Assembly (NCBI RefSeq): GCF_006345805.1
Contig: NC_043018.1
Span: 29,202,001 to 29,266,000 of the forward strand
DNA from: Octopus sinensis
Taxonomy: Eukaryota
DNA: 64,000 nucleotides
Direction: 5' to 3'
Each line of letters begins with the position of its first letter. Within the stretch, counting starts at the first letter, position 1. Both the position numbers and the translations under genes were made by a program. The notes beneath the pieces were generated by a model that saw only the letters and a list, made by a program, of their open reading frames with translations, ran no database searches and was not told the DNA's origin. This document shows, piece by piece, positions 48,058 through 61,195 of the stretch.

Positions 48058-48574
48058 GGAGAGATTCATAGAGACGTTGATGTAATAAGTGTAAAATGAT
48101 CTTTCTAATTTTTCCACATGGGCAGCACTATTTTTTAAGGTAAGGAGCTTGTCTGTTACATTGATCCCGCTGCTTAAGTTATAACTATTTTACCGAAAGG
48201 CAAAGTCGACCGTTCGCAGCTTTTGACATCAGAACATAATAAACGTATATGCGTATGCCTGTATGTATGTATATTTGTATGTGTGTGCCTGTGTGCTTGT
48301 GTGTGTGTACGTGTATGCGCGCGCGCGCTCGTGTGTGTATGTGTGTGTGTGTGTGTGTATCTGTATAGAATAAAAGCGCGTTGCCTAGTGTTTAGGGTGC
48401 TGGGCTAAGGTTCGATTTCAGACATGGATGGTGCGCTCTGCCTTTGAGAAACGCCTCTTTGCTACAAGTTTCTGTAATCTTCGCAAAAGAAAAGCTTATA
48501 AACTCAGAACCAAACGAAGAAAAGTCTGACGTGATAAGATAAGTACACACAAAGCTTATCTTCTCTTAGTAATT

Positions 48575-49115
48575 TATGTAATCATCCTGCGCCCTCGAAT
48601 CCTTTACCCAGCGGATCATCGAAGATAGAAAAACGAAGGGAGAGAGGGATTCACTAGCACTGACTATGATCCTCTGACTATCAAAACAGTTATAACTTTG
48701 AGCCGTGTTTTCCCTATAAACACGAGAAATATATCACTGAGCAACGTGCCGCAGTTTGCATGAATCAGACGGGGGTAAGTCGATTTTGGTCGTTTCCTCT
48801 CGTGCTTTCCATCGTGCAGGATGTTAAGCAGTAGGCAATGTTGATAATATTCACTGGGTGCGTGTTGCAGTTGGTGACCAATCAATCTCAGCCGGCGTTC
48901 CTTTATCCTTGTGCGCATTTGCTTTTCGTCAGCCAATTAGTACAATGTTTCATGGGGAAACGTGGTCGTTATAGGATATCTGATATATTTTCATCAGGTT
49001 TCTCGTGTGAAAAGTGTTCACAATGGCTCTTTACCAAATCGCATTTATCATCCATGCACCGAATCCATATGTAAAAATTGGAAAACAGGGTTTTCTAAAT
49101 CTTTATCTTCGTTGT
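48575..49115 (-). mobile_element. RTE-clade LINE 3' fragment
   Basis: TYGFGAW, ISYNDHVSHE, IKERRLRLIGH, HGKHERKRPKSTY-like motifs. Confidence 0.75.
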
Positions 49116-49124
49116 GAGTTATGA

Positions 49125-49335
49125 GAGAGATCAGTTACAGTCGATCTCGCGTTTGCAGATGATATTGTTCTCTTTGCTCCGAAACATCGTGGAAGCACAG
49201 GACTACTTGGATTGTTTCATGCAAGAAGCAAAGACTGTGGGTCTAGAAATAAACTAATCGAAGTCAGATAATCTCAGCATTAATATAAACACAGAAGAAA
49301 CAACGGCGTACGGGCAAATGGGAAGCAAATATCCG
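49125..49335 (+). mobile_element. Inverted RTE RT segment
   Basis: Plus strand reads VDLAFADDIVLF, EAQDYLDCFMQEAKTVGLEIN and a KYPG (KYLG-like) end. Confidence 0.75.
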
Positions 49336-49379
49336 GGTTAATAAATTCACACACAGCACGCGCACGCACACACGCACAC

Positions 49380-49396
49380 ACACATATGTATGTATG

Positions 49397-49486
<90 letters not shown>

Positions 49487-49490
49487 GTCG
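49380..49490. repeat. (TA)n microsatellite
   Basis: Direct observation. Confidence 0.95.
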
Positions 49491-49639
49491 AAAAATATCG
49501 TTATAGGTATAAAAATATCATAAACAATTTAAAAAAATGAGAAGAAAAAGATATTGAATCAAAATTAGATTTAATACAAAATAGGATTCAATACATACGC
49601 GCGTTTCAAATATGTAAGAAAAAAATTATAATCATAGTA

Positions 49640-49870
49640 ATTACAATTAAATTTATACATTGTCATTCTCATCAGTGTGAGGAATGTTTGGAAGGACATC
49701 AAAAAAGGTTTAGCAAAATAAAGTAAATTAAGATAATTTACACTAAGGGAGAATACAAATGGGGCAATAAGGAAAAATCGGATATTTAGAAGCAAGTTGT
49801 AAAGGGTGGGAGGGAATAAGAGTAATAATATAGTGAGAGAGACGAAAGAGAAAAGAAGAGACATATCAAA
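49640..49870 (+). mobile_element. Possible decayed L1/Tx1-like LINE fragment
   Basis: Purine-rich strand; WKDIKKGLAK*SKLR*FTLRE...FRSKL*RVG loosely resembles the post-RT region. Confidence 0.25.
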
Positions 49871-49900
49871 GTTTTTGCACTTCTATATGTGCAGTAAACT

Positions 49901-49960
<60 letters not shown>

Positions 49961-50085
49961 TAACATATGCATATGTGTTAGATTTTTATTCTTAATTTTA
50001 TGTTATTTTTTACTGCACATGTAGACGTGCATACTCTTTGATATGTGTGTCTTCTTTTCTACTTTGTCTCTCTCACTATCATTAT

Positions 50086-50133
<48 letters not shown>

Positions 50134-50944
50134 GATTTATATATGTTGTATGTATTTATGTATGTATGAACTATCTATGTATGAACAAGGTGGTATGATT
50201 TGCAAAATTCCTTTAACCAAAACATCAAAATTTCCTCAAAAATATTAACGATTTAAATTGTTTCAATTTTAAAAATGAATTATTCATCAACCGCCTTCAC
50301 ATGAGTAGGTATAAACAGGTCGATTGGAAAGACCAGCCTATGTAAGCGTAAAACACATTCGGGTACCACCATACAATGTCGGACGGTTTTGTCAACACAC
50401 CGTTCTTCTTCCTTTACTGCTGCATTTTCAGTTTCTTTTCCAACCTATCCAATTTGCATCTACTCCAATTCGCTATCACTCAGCCAGCTGACCAACTCCA
50501 ATTTGCGGCTTTCTACTTCATACTTTTCCTTAATTATTATGTCTTATTTCTCTCCCACTTTCATATTTTCGTCTTTCGAAATTTCCCCATGACGGCTTTT
50601 ATTTTGTATGAAGCATTCTATTTGTTACCTTGAGATGGATTGCCTTCGCTGAAACACTATCATTTATTCACGAGGATTTGAGCTCAAGTGCACAAGAGTA
50701 ACGCTATGGCCAATAATGGACGCTATTCCATTTGTTTCATAATTTTTTTTGCTGAATTTTAAACACATTTGTCATCATTATATTTCTTCGTAAAATGTCA
50801 TAATCATGCCTAATACAACCGAAGTACATCTGCACAAGTAATTTGCAAAGTAACTGCATCTGCGTTATTCATTTCTTTTCTGAAATAAAATGGTATCCAT
50901 CTCATATATTCTCAAACATTCTAATCACGTATGTGACTACACAG

Positions 50945-51122
50945 AATAGCCATCCATTATTATTTCTGTAACGATTCATTTGAACAAAGTCTCACCAGTA
51001 CAATGTATTTTCCGCAAACGGGTAAAATATGTCTCATATATGAAACCATTGGTAGTGAGAACGTGATTAATAGCGTTACAGACATTCAGAAATATGCATT
51101 GAGTTCTCCAATAAACGTTGAC
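50945..51122 (+). other. Candidate 178-nt coding exon (unverified)
   Basis: ctaat...cacag acceptor (weak pyrimidine tract); 59 open codons IAIHYYFCNDSFEQ...SSPINVD; GTAAGT donor. Confidence 0.2.
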
Positions 51123-51344
51123 GTAAGTTACACAATATGCATATAAATGGACTGACATAGTTCTGTACCCAAATATAAGCAAAAACATAAGTATACCTTT
51201 ATACATACGGATCTGTTTTAAACTTACGCATACATACAGACATACACACACACACACACACACACCACACACACAACAAACACACCAAAACACACACACC
51301 ACACACACAATATATATAATATATATATTATTATATATATATAC

Positions 51345-51570
51345 GCTTACTCTTTTACTTGTTTCAGTAATTTGACTGCGGCCATGCTGGAGGCACCGCC
51401 TTTAGTCGAGCAAATCGACCCCGAGACTTCTTTTGTAAGCCGCAGTACTTATTCTATTGGTCTCTTTTGCCGAACCGCTAAGTGATGGGGACGTAAACAT
51501 ACCAGCATCGGTTGTCAAGCAATGCTATGGGGACAAACACAGACACCACAACACCACACATGCTATATGG

Positions 51571-51622
<52 letters not shown>

Positions 51623-51780
51623 CATATATCGACAGGCTTCTTTCAGTTCACTCACAAGGCATTGGTCGGCCCGGGGCTATAGCAGAAGACACTTGCCCAA
51701 GATGCCACGCAGTGGGACTGAACCCGGAACCATGTGATTAGTTAGCAAGCTACTTACCACACAACCACTCCTGCGCCTAT
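51345..51780 (-). mobile_element. SINE family A
   Basis: ttactcttttacttgtttcag...cacaaccactcctgcgcc. Confidence 0.9.
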
Positions 51781-51804
51781 ATATAAAATATATGTTTATA
51801 TATA

Positions 51805-51850
<46 letters not shown>

Positions 51851-51851
51851 G

Positions 51852-51896
<45 letters not shown>

Positions 51897-52021
51897 TACA
51901 CACACACACACATATATTATATATATATATATATACTTCAGTGCAAATGTATTTCTTATTCGGCGCCGAGTACACAATCATGTAAAAAATAAAAACTTAC
52001 GCATACATACGAACTATACAT

Positions 52022-52083
<62 letters not shown>

Positions 52084-52155
52084 GATATATATATATATAT
52101 ATATATAGATATATATATATATATATATATACACACGCGCGCATATATATATATA
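51780..52155. repeat. (TA)n/(CA)n tracts with short direct duplication
   Basis: tatacttcagtg(c/t)aaatgtattt at ~51932 and ~52152. Confidence 0.85.
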
Positions 52156-53005
52156 CTTCAGTGTAAATGTATTTTTATATAAGATTAAAGCTTACGGCGA
52201 TCACAGTGTAATGTCTAAGGATAGGAAAGCCCAGCCTCCCCAATGCATGTACATATAGGTATATACATATATACATATATAAAGAGAGAGACACACACAC
52301 ACACAAAACACACACTCTCATACACACACAGACGCACTCACACACACACGCACATATATATACATATATAAAAAAATATATTTATATGCATATGTAGATG
52401 CAAATACTATTCGTTATGTCGTTTTTATATTAATTTAAATATGGAAATTTAATTAAAATTTCATGTCAATCTCATTCAGAGATAGGACGAATTATATTTT
52501 ATTAAAAAAGAAGAGTTGTTATTAAAAAACCAATAAAATACTTTATAATACAATATAAATCCAACGCGTCTTTGGCTTCGAATATCTTTCTAATGAGAAA
52601 TTCTTTTTGTACTTCCCTCTCTCTCCCGGTATACACACACGCATACACAAGTACACAAATCTGTATGTGTGTATGTGTGTGTGTGTGTGCATCTGTGTGT
52701 GTATGATGAACCTGGTAGAAAAAAAAAGCTGAGATTAGTTAACTGTGTACGATCTGAGTTTCAAAAATAAATTTTCATAAGATCGAATGTAATTTCACTC
52801 AAGATAACGAGAATCTTATCTCTTCAAAGTGCTTAAATAAATATTTATACATAATCCCCAAATCATTCTCATACATAAGTACGCATATATATATATGTGT
52901 GTGGAAATATAGATGTATGTATGTATGTGTGTGTGTGTGTTTGTATGTACGTACATTCATGCACATACTTATGTATACAGACATTATATCCACATAATAC
53001 ATATA

Positions 53006-53065
53006 ATGGCGGTGCCCCAGCATGGCCACAGCTCGTGAGCTGAAACTAGATAAGATGAAAAAAAT
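53006..53065 (+). mobile_element. Isolated ~60-bp 3' end of the CR1-group LINE
   Basis: atggcggtgccccagcatggccacagctcgtgagctgaaactagataa, one mismatch to the reverse complement of ~10368-10413. Confidence 0.85.
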
Positions 53066-53084
53066 TTTTTTTATTGCCCGGGGG

Positions 53085-53285
53085 GTGGGGGGGGCTAAAC
53101 ATAGAGGAGACAAACAAGGACAAAGGGATTACCTCGACACCAGTGGATAACTTGTATTTATTTAACCCAGAGAGGATGAATGGTAAAGTCGACCCCGGCA
53201 GAATTTGAACTTAGAACGTAACAGCAGAGGAAACACTGCTAAGCATTTCGCCTGGCATGCTAACGAACCTGCCATCTTGCCGCCC
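53085..53285 (-). mobile_element. SINE family C
   Basis: gtcgaccccggcagaatttgaac...gcatttcgcctggcatgctaacg. Confidence 0.8.
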
Positions 53286-53299
53286 TCGTATACATATAT

Positions 53300-53371
<72 letters not shown>

Positions 53372-53463
53372 GTATGTATGTATGTATGTATGATTATATA
53401 TATATATATATATATATGCATATACATATACACAAACTTGTATGTGTGTATGTATGTGTACAC

Positions 53464-53505
<42 letters not shown>

Positions 53506-53934
53506 TTCTTTGCGTTGTACAAATCTGTGTCTAGGACTCTACTACATCCTGCTTAGTTATGCATTTGGAGTTGGTTCTTATTCCCAAATGAAATCTTTGT
53601 GGAAAGTATCTTGTAGTTTGGACCCGGCATTCGTGACATCACATAAAACTACGCTGCACCGTATTCTGTGCTTATTTATGCATTTCTTCATCCGAAAGGA
53701 TATAAATTTCGTTTGATGATTCGCGCGCGAAGAATCTAGTTGCGTGATAGAAACTGGACATGCTTACACATATATAATTATTTATATATTTAAATATATT
53801 CATTCACATTCACACATATGTAGACACGTGTTTGTATGAATATATAATCCAAAAGCACTTTTACAAATATTACGTAGCTTCGTACATGCATTGTACGACA
53901 GCGTATACACACGACTCAGAAATAATGCTTTCTA

Positions 53935-54135
53935 CTAAAGGCACGCGGCCTGGATTTTGGGAGGAAGAGGATAGTCGATCACATCAAATTCCAGTATTCA
54001 AATGGTAATTCATTTATTGACCCCGAAAGGATTAAAAGTTAAGTCGAACTCAGTGAAATTTGAACTCAGAAGGGAGTGGCAGACGAAATAACCGATAAAC
54101 ATTTCGCCACACATGCTAACAATTCTGCCAGATGA
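53935..54135 (-). mobile_element. SINE family C
   Basis: ttgaccccgaaaggat...tttgaactcagaa...ctaacaattctgccag. Confidence 0.78.
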
Positions 54136-54169
54136 ACGCCTTTACTACACACAACACAGAAATAATGAA

Positions 54170-54251
54170 TATACTTACATACTTACATAGATACATACAT
54201 AGATACATACATAGATACATGCATACATACATACATACATACATACATACA

Positions 54252-54318
<67 letters not shown>

Positions 54319-54387
54319 TATATATGCACAGACACACAGACGTATACACACACATGTATATGTACAAAAATATATATACATGTATGA

Positions 54388-54428
<41 letters not shown>

Positions 54429-54695
54429 CAGAAAGAGAGAGAGAAATAGTTAGATAGATAGGATGCACATACATTCATACATACACATATATACACAGCG
54501 AGAGAGAGAAAGAGAGATACATAGATAGATGTCTTGATAGATATGTATGGATGTGTTTATGTATGTATGTATGTATGTATGTAGGTAGGTAGGTAGGTAG
54601 GTAGGTAGGTAGGTAGGTAGGTAAGTAGGTAGGTAGGTAGGTAGGTAGGTATGCAGGTAGGTATGAAGGTATGTAGGTAGGTAGGTAGGTATGTT
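54170..54695. repeat. (CATA)n, (TA)n, (GTAT)n and (GTAG)n microsatellites
   Basis: Direct observation. Confidence 0.93.
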
Positions 54696-55496
54696 TTGGT
54701 CTTTTTTTCCCAATTTTTGAAATGTTCGTATAAGGAAAGAACTGATTTCTATCAAAGATACAAAGCTCCATCTTTGGAATGTAGATAACAAAAGCCAACT
54801 CACTTTCGTATGCATGTATGTATGTTTTGTATAGGAAATGGACACGTATATATAACGTACGTGTAAAATTAGCAGAATATCTACGGATTGGGAATTTAAA
54901 GAGCGAGCGTAGTATAGGTGAAGAAAGAAAACTTTTGTACATACAAAATCTAAATAAAAAGAAGCATAAATGTTCGAAGGTGGTGGGCTTATGAATGAAT
55001 TAAAGAGAACTAATATTAGTATGGTGATATCTAGAGAATTATGGAATATAGGAAACGTAAATAGAAAAGGAAACGGATATGGCAGCAAAGGTTGTAGGGA
55101 AACACGCAGATATGGTAAAATGGTAAAATGGTAAGTAGTGATTCTGAGTGAAAGGCGAAAATTTGTGTAGATATTGAGCTGGATAATTGAGATAAATATA
55201 GCAGGATATTGGAAAATTTAAAGATTAAACGGTTGCTGTATATGGAAAGAAAATAGCGTTTTTGGTATGAATATGGAAGGGGAAATACATAGCGAATAAA
55301 AAAAATAGAGAGATACGAAGATATTGAAGGAGAACAAATGAAGGAGAGAAGAAGACCTTTGTATGAACGAAAACGATACCGAACAAAACGTTCGGTTCTA
55401 ATCAGCAAATTACTGGTGGAAGGTCATTTATCACCATTCTCAGATGCTGCATAGCTCTACGTGTTTGTATCTCAGCATTCAAAAATCAGACCAAGG

Positions 55497-55499
<3 letters not shown>

Positions 55500-55591
<92 letters not shown>

Positions 55592-55783
55592 TATATGGGT
55601 ACAGAACGTGACCAGCAGTAAACAACATGAAATACAAAAATAATTAATTTAAATACGCAAATAACGAGAGAAAAAAAAGACAAGTAATACACAGAATGAC
55701 CCTTCATCAGTTGCCGGCTGTTTATTTACTCCCCATTTCGAGCATATATATATATGTATGTGTGTGTGTGTGTATTATTATTA

Positions 55784-55870
<87 letters not shown>
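55500..55870. repeat. (CT)n(TA)n and (ATT)n microsatellites
   Basis: Direct observation. Confidence 0.9.
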
Positions 55871-55871
<1 letters not shown>

Positions 55872-56297
55872 GAGTGAGAGAGCAGTTCATGCCATCAAAG
55901 TGACACTGGGGTAAAATATACGAAGCCCAATATACCCATCATGACTACCCGTCTGATAAGGGTACACCAGGCACATGCATCACAATCATATGTGCGCGAC
56001 ATGGTGATCTCATATCAAGATAAACAGCACATGACCTTGCAGGTGGGGCCCAGTTAGAAATTTCTTCAGGTTGAGTAGCCCATCCCGCTCAAAAGGTCCC
56101 TGAATAAGGGTTGTTTAACGATGTTGAAAGAACCACCCATGTTTCCAAAGGTGAATTATTCAAACCCCAAAGAATCCCTCTCAACACATGGCTATGATGC
56201 TCCCCCACTACTTCTGCTCGTGATCAGAGATGCACATATCGTCAGCCACTAAGGGACATGCTCAACTGGTTAAGGTCAAACAACTGACAAGCAAATC

Positions 56298-56299
<2 letters not shown>
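55871..56299 (-). mobile_element. (AAT)n-associated element, 5'-shortened copy
   Basis: Homologous to 56451-~56870; (ATT)n on both sides. Confidence 0.85.
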
Positions 56300-56351
<52 letters not shown>

Positions 56352-56371
56352 CATTATTATCATTATTATTA

Positions 56372-56438
<67 letters not shown>

Positions 56439-56450
56439 CATTATTATTAC

Positions 56451-56997
56451 TAAGTGAGGGAGCAGCACATGCTATCAAAGTGACGCTGGGGTACGAAACG
56501 CAATCTACACATCATGACATCCCGTCTGATAAGGGTACATCAGTCACATGCATCACAACCATATAAGAGCGGCATTGTGATCTTATAACAAGATAAAAAG
56601 CGCATGAAGTTGCACGTGAGACCCAGTTAGGAGTTTCTTCAGGTCGAGTAACCCATCCTGCTCAAACGGTCCCTGAATATGTTTTGTTTAAAGATGATGA
56701 ACAAAATTCCCATCTTCCTAGGAGTGCATTATTCAATTCTCAAAGAATTCCTCTCAACACATGGCTGTGATGCGCCCTTACTACCTCTGCTCGCGAACAG
56801 AGATGCACATATCGATGTCCACCAAGGGAAATGCTCAACTGGTCAAGGTCAAACAACTGGCAAGCAATTCTCTGGTATTGAGCAGGATATTTGCCCATGT
56901 TTTTATATCGAGACAAATCAATGTACATGATAACACTTCAAATCAGTCAAGATCAGAATCCATGAGAGCCACTGCCTGGTACTGCATCAGGACATTT
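56451..56997 (-). mobile_element. (AAT)n-associated ~550-bp element, apparently full length
   Basis: Tandem partner of 55871-56299; its 5' end equals the 30147 fragment. Confidence 0.85.
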
Positions 56998-57094
56998 AAT
57001 CATCATCATTATCATCATCACCATCATCATCATCACCATCACCATCACCACCACCATCGCCGCCACCACCACCACTACCACTTATACTTCGCAG

Positions 57095-57195
57095 TATCTT
57101 TTCCGGTTGAAATGCGAATTCGAACTCTGTGAAATTTGAACTTAGAACGTAAACAGCTGGGAGAGATGCCGCTGACCATATATTCCGTACCCTGT
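57095..57195 (-). mobile_element. SINE family C fragment
   Basis: gaaatttgaacttagaacgtaaac. Confidence 0.5.
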
Positions 57196-57374
57196 TTGCT
57201 CGGCGCCGAAGTAGAAGCAGCAGCCGTTCAAGAATTTGGATCTGGAGATCTCCATTTCCATCGACTTCGAGGGCCAATTTTTTTTTGTACCAAGGTCTGG
57301 GGGTCTCCGGCACCTAAGCCCTAGACCATCACCTAATCACCCTTACCCGTTTTGTTGCTTAACAGCATCAAGAA

Positions 57375-57384
57375 CAACAACAGC

Positions 57385-57458
<74 letters not shown>

Positions 57459-57560
57459 GCTCTGTTGGTGTTGGTGGCGATGGTTGTAGTAGTAGTAGTA
57501 GTAGTAGTAATAGTAGTAGTGGGTTGTGTTGGTGGTGGTGTTGGTGGCGATGGTGGTTGT
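57375..57560. repeat. (GTA)n/(GGT)n microsatellite
   Basis: Direct observation. Confidence 0.95.
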
Positions 57561-58289
57561 ACTATAATGATATGGCATTTATGGTTATTAGCGTTATGTG
57601 CTATTAAGTCCTGGGAGTTTGATAAAACTTATAAAGATAACAAAATAACAAAAAAATAACACGAAAAGATGTAAAATAATATTTAATTGTCGTCATTGAA
57701 ATCTATACAATTATCAAAGACGTAAATACTTCCAAATATTAATTCAACAAAAACATACGTAAATAAATAATGAAAAGAGCATTAAAATTGTAATTAAATT
57801 GGTTGTCGTGTAAGAATGAAATATCGAAGAGAAATATAATATTGTAATATATGTAAATATAAAATATGTGTTTGTTTGAATAAATTGACATAACTCGTAC
57901 ATACACTGACATTTTGATATTCAGAAAATAATTCACAATTACTCCATTATTTATTATTATATGAAGCATAACTTGAGATAGATGAAAACTTTGCTTCGTC
58001 GACGAGGTAGGCGGTTTAAATATTGTTTGTTTAATGTTTGTTTAATGTCACGATCAGAGGACAAAGATTAGGACCCGTGTATAGAATATGGAAATTAATG
58101 AGAGGAAGTGATGAAATCATTTTTAGTGTAAAAATGTTGTTTAAATGTTCTGGCTGAACCGTTTTGGCGCAGCAATTTTGGCGCGGCCCATTTGGCCTCG
58201 TTAATACAACGATGACTCATTTGATACCAGATGTTTTAATGCTTCGTTTTCATATTTCTGTCAATAACTCCTGTCTTCCAGATCTCTCT

Positions 58290-58339
58290 ACCTCCCCACT
58301 CTCTCTCTCTCTCACACTTTCTCTTTCTCTCTCGCTATT

Positions 58340-58374
<35 letters not shown>

Positions 58375-58705
58375 TTCTCTCTCTCTCTATCTCTCTTTCT
58401 CTTTCTCTCTCTCTCTCTCTCTTCTCACTCTCTCTCTCCCTCCCTGTGTTCTGGTCTGTTTGTCTCTGTCTCTGTCTCTCTCATTGTCTTTCCTCATCTC
58501 TCTTTCCCTGTGTTCTTGTCTGTTTGTCTGTGTCTGTCGCTCTGTCTCTGTCTGTCTGTCTCTCTCTCTCTTTCCCTGGGTTCCTGTCTGCTTGTCTCTC
58601 TCCCTGTCTGTCTCTCCCTTCTCTCTCCCTCTCCATTCCTTCACTTCTCACTCTCTCTCTCTCCCCCTCCCTGTGGTCCTGTCTGTTTGTCACTGTCCCT
58701 GTCTG
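58290..58705. repeat. (CT)n/(CTGT)n pyrimidine-rich tract
   Basis: Direct observation. Confidence 0.92.
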
Positions 58706-58820
58706 TCAAAAACAAGTAAAACATGAGATGAAAGGTCCAACATAACTGATCCCTACTTCTCTTTATCGAGTATTTTCTTATTAGGTTGCACCTTTTATAT
58801 AAAAAAAAAGATCATGATTA

Positions 58821-59140
58821 CACAGAGTGAAACCTCGGTTTACGAATCTAATTCGTTCCTGAAAGCCGTTCGTCAACGAGGTGCTCGTAAACCGAAACTA
58901 TTTTTCACATAGGTAATGCAAGAGAAAGAGCAGTGAGTTCGTACAGGGATGTGCATTGAGTGAAAGTTACACAGCAACTGATGCTCTTCCACTGATACAC
59001 CAAGCTTGTTGCTCGGCTTGCATGTTCGTTACTCGAGACACCATTCGTTACCTGAGAAGATTTTATATCCGAAAGAAAAAAAAACGTTCGTAAACCGATT
59101 TGTTGGTGATGAGAGGCGTTCGTAAACTGAAGATCCACTG
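58821..59140. mobile_element. Tigger/pogo-type MITE
   Basis: Ends agtgaaacctcggtttacgaa and ttcgtaaactgaagatccactg|TA; internal cgtaaaccga repeats. Confidence 0.72.
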
Positions 59141-59746
59141 TAGTTTTATTGTGTCTTATTATATGGTCGTTGCAAAGTTATTTTGATACTCGGCGCAGTT
59201 TGTTCCATGAGGCTCCGCTAAAAGCATATAAAGTGGGCGATAGAACTAAATCAATAAGAAGAATCTAAATAGCTATTTGTGAAATTGGCATGAAGCCCTA
59301 GGCAAGAAGAGAATTAAATGTTTTGCTCGGGGACAGATAGATTACAATGCACAATGTTGAATATCAATTATCATTATATACTGTAGGATATCACTTATCA
59401 GGATATCATTCTAAACGATGAAAAAATATATTTTCATGGGAATATAATGGTTTGGCTATATTTTTAGATATGTGTTTGTTATGGAATATGTATTTACGTC
59501 TGTATGCATGTGAGCAAAATTATATGAGGCGAGTGCGTATGTTTATATACTTGTGACTGCACTTGTGCGTGTGTGTGTGTGCTTATGTGTGCATGTGTAG
59601 GCCAAATGTGTGAGGGTAAAATCTATTCTGTAAGTACACAGATCAAACCTCTGTGTACTATGTATATATATACAAAAGCATGTGTGTGCTGTCTATGTGT
59701 GTGCCGATTACATATGTACATATACTTATATACACACACTCACATA

Positions 59747-60195
59747 TGAAGGCGCAAGGATAAATGGTTAGAGCGTCGGGCTCACAATCATGAGGTAGTG
59801 AGTTCGATTCCCGGACCGAGCTATGTATTGTGTTCTTGAGCAAGACACTTTATTTCACATTGCTCCAGTTCCTTCAACTGTGGAAATGAGTTGTGACGTT
59901 GGAGCATCGGGCTTGCAATTACGCGGTAGTGAGTTCGATTTCCGCACCGGGCTGCATGTTGTGTTCTTGAGCAAGACACTTTATTTCACGTTGTCCCTGT
60001 TCATTCAGCTGTAGAAATGTGTTGAGACTTCTCTGGTGTCTCAGCTTCATCAACCTTTGTCTTTCCCTTGGCATGGAGAGAGGAAGCTGCTATGCATGGG
60101 CGACTGCTGGTCTTCCACAAACAACCTTGTCCGGACTTGTGCCTTGGAGGGTCATTTCTTGGTGCAATCCCATGATCATTCATGACCGAAGGGGA
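59747..60195 (+). mobile_element. CORE-like SINE (family B-related) with tandemly duplicated head and a distinct tail
   Basis: gtagtgagttcgatt...ttgtgttcttgagcaagacactttatttcac occurs twice (~59795 and ~59925). Confidence 0.82.
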
Positions 60196-60264
60196 TTTTG
60201 ATTCTTTTACCCTTCATATATATGCATATAGATGTAAGTGATGCGTTTATATGTAGCAACGTGT

Positions 60265-60400
60265 GTGCGTGGCTATATGGTAAAAAGGTGTTTATGGTAG
60301 CAGGTTTAGTCCCACTGCGTGGCAACTTGAGCTAGTGTCTTCTACTATAGCCTTGGTGCGACTAAAGCTTTGTGAGTGGATTTGGTAGAGGGAAACTGTA
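60265..60400 (+). mobile_element. SINE family A head
   Basis: gtcccactgcgtggcaacttgagctagtgtcttctactatagcc...gtgagtggatttggtag. Confidence 0.8.
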
Positions 60401-60765
60401 TCTATGCATATATGTGCACGTGTTTGTGTGTATATTTAAACATCACTCTGTGTGTGTGCATGTGCGTAACGGGGGTTCATTTATATGCTTCTTATTGCTG
60501 TATAGTTTATTTTCTCTCGAAGATAACACGTGACTGGTTTATTTGATTTGAATAATGAATATTCATTTATTTTTCCCTAGAGGTGCTGGTTTACTTCAAT
60601 CACTTCGATTACACAAGGGAACAATTTTGAGCATTATTTCTTCTGAGTTTGCTTTTTCCCTTGATTTAGTCTAAAATTGGAATCCTGATTCCAAAACTGG
60701 TTAGTTGTCTTCTAACACGTTTATTTATTTTTTTGCTTCAGTTTATTCTCTGAATAAGCACAGTT

Positions 60766-61195
60766 GGGATCTTTTCGGTTTGAACGGCAGTTTTTCACAT
60801 AATTTCTAGGTAACTAAAAAAATTTAAACTTCATATACTGATAGAATGTGTTCATAAAACATCTTTTTCTCTTGGCTTTATTAAAAAAATTCTATAGTTT
60901 GTAAGATATTTCTTTTTTTTTCTCTTCAATTTCTGCAATTTCAACCAATCACTGACGTCTATTGAGGTAAAAAAAACATTCTGTGCCGTATGAATATGTC
61001 CCTCCTTTAAGAAACAGATTGGGTTTATTTACATTTGTGAAGAAAAAAAGATACCCTTACCCCCACCCCTAACCCTAACTAACCCTAAACCTAAAACAGA
61101 TTGAAATGCAATAAATCGATACTAGGGTCATAATTATGGGTGACAATTTCATATGACACTGCTAGAAAAAACTGCCGTTCAAACCGAAAGATCCC
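60766..61195. mobile_element. Non-autonomous TIR element (~30-bp TIR; ACAGTT duplicated at both ends)
   Basis: gggatcttttcggtttgaacggcagttttt / aaaaactgccgttcaaaccgaaagatccc; acagtt at 60760-60765 and 61196-61201. Confidence 0.88.

Noticed and set aside
54860-55400. ORFs of 125-212 aa over a purine-rich tract
   Set aside because: Arise from strand-biased composition and (GTAG)n; at most a heavily decayed LINE relic with no assignable motif
2817-60400. tRNA genes or a CRISPR-like array from recurrent tRNA-like heads and repeats
   Set aside because: Heads lack complete cloverleaves and are fused to SINE bodies; repeats are dispersed, not regularly spaced with unique spacers; no cas-like genes
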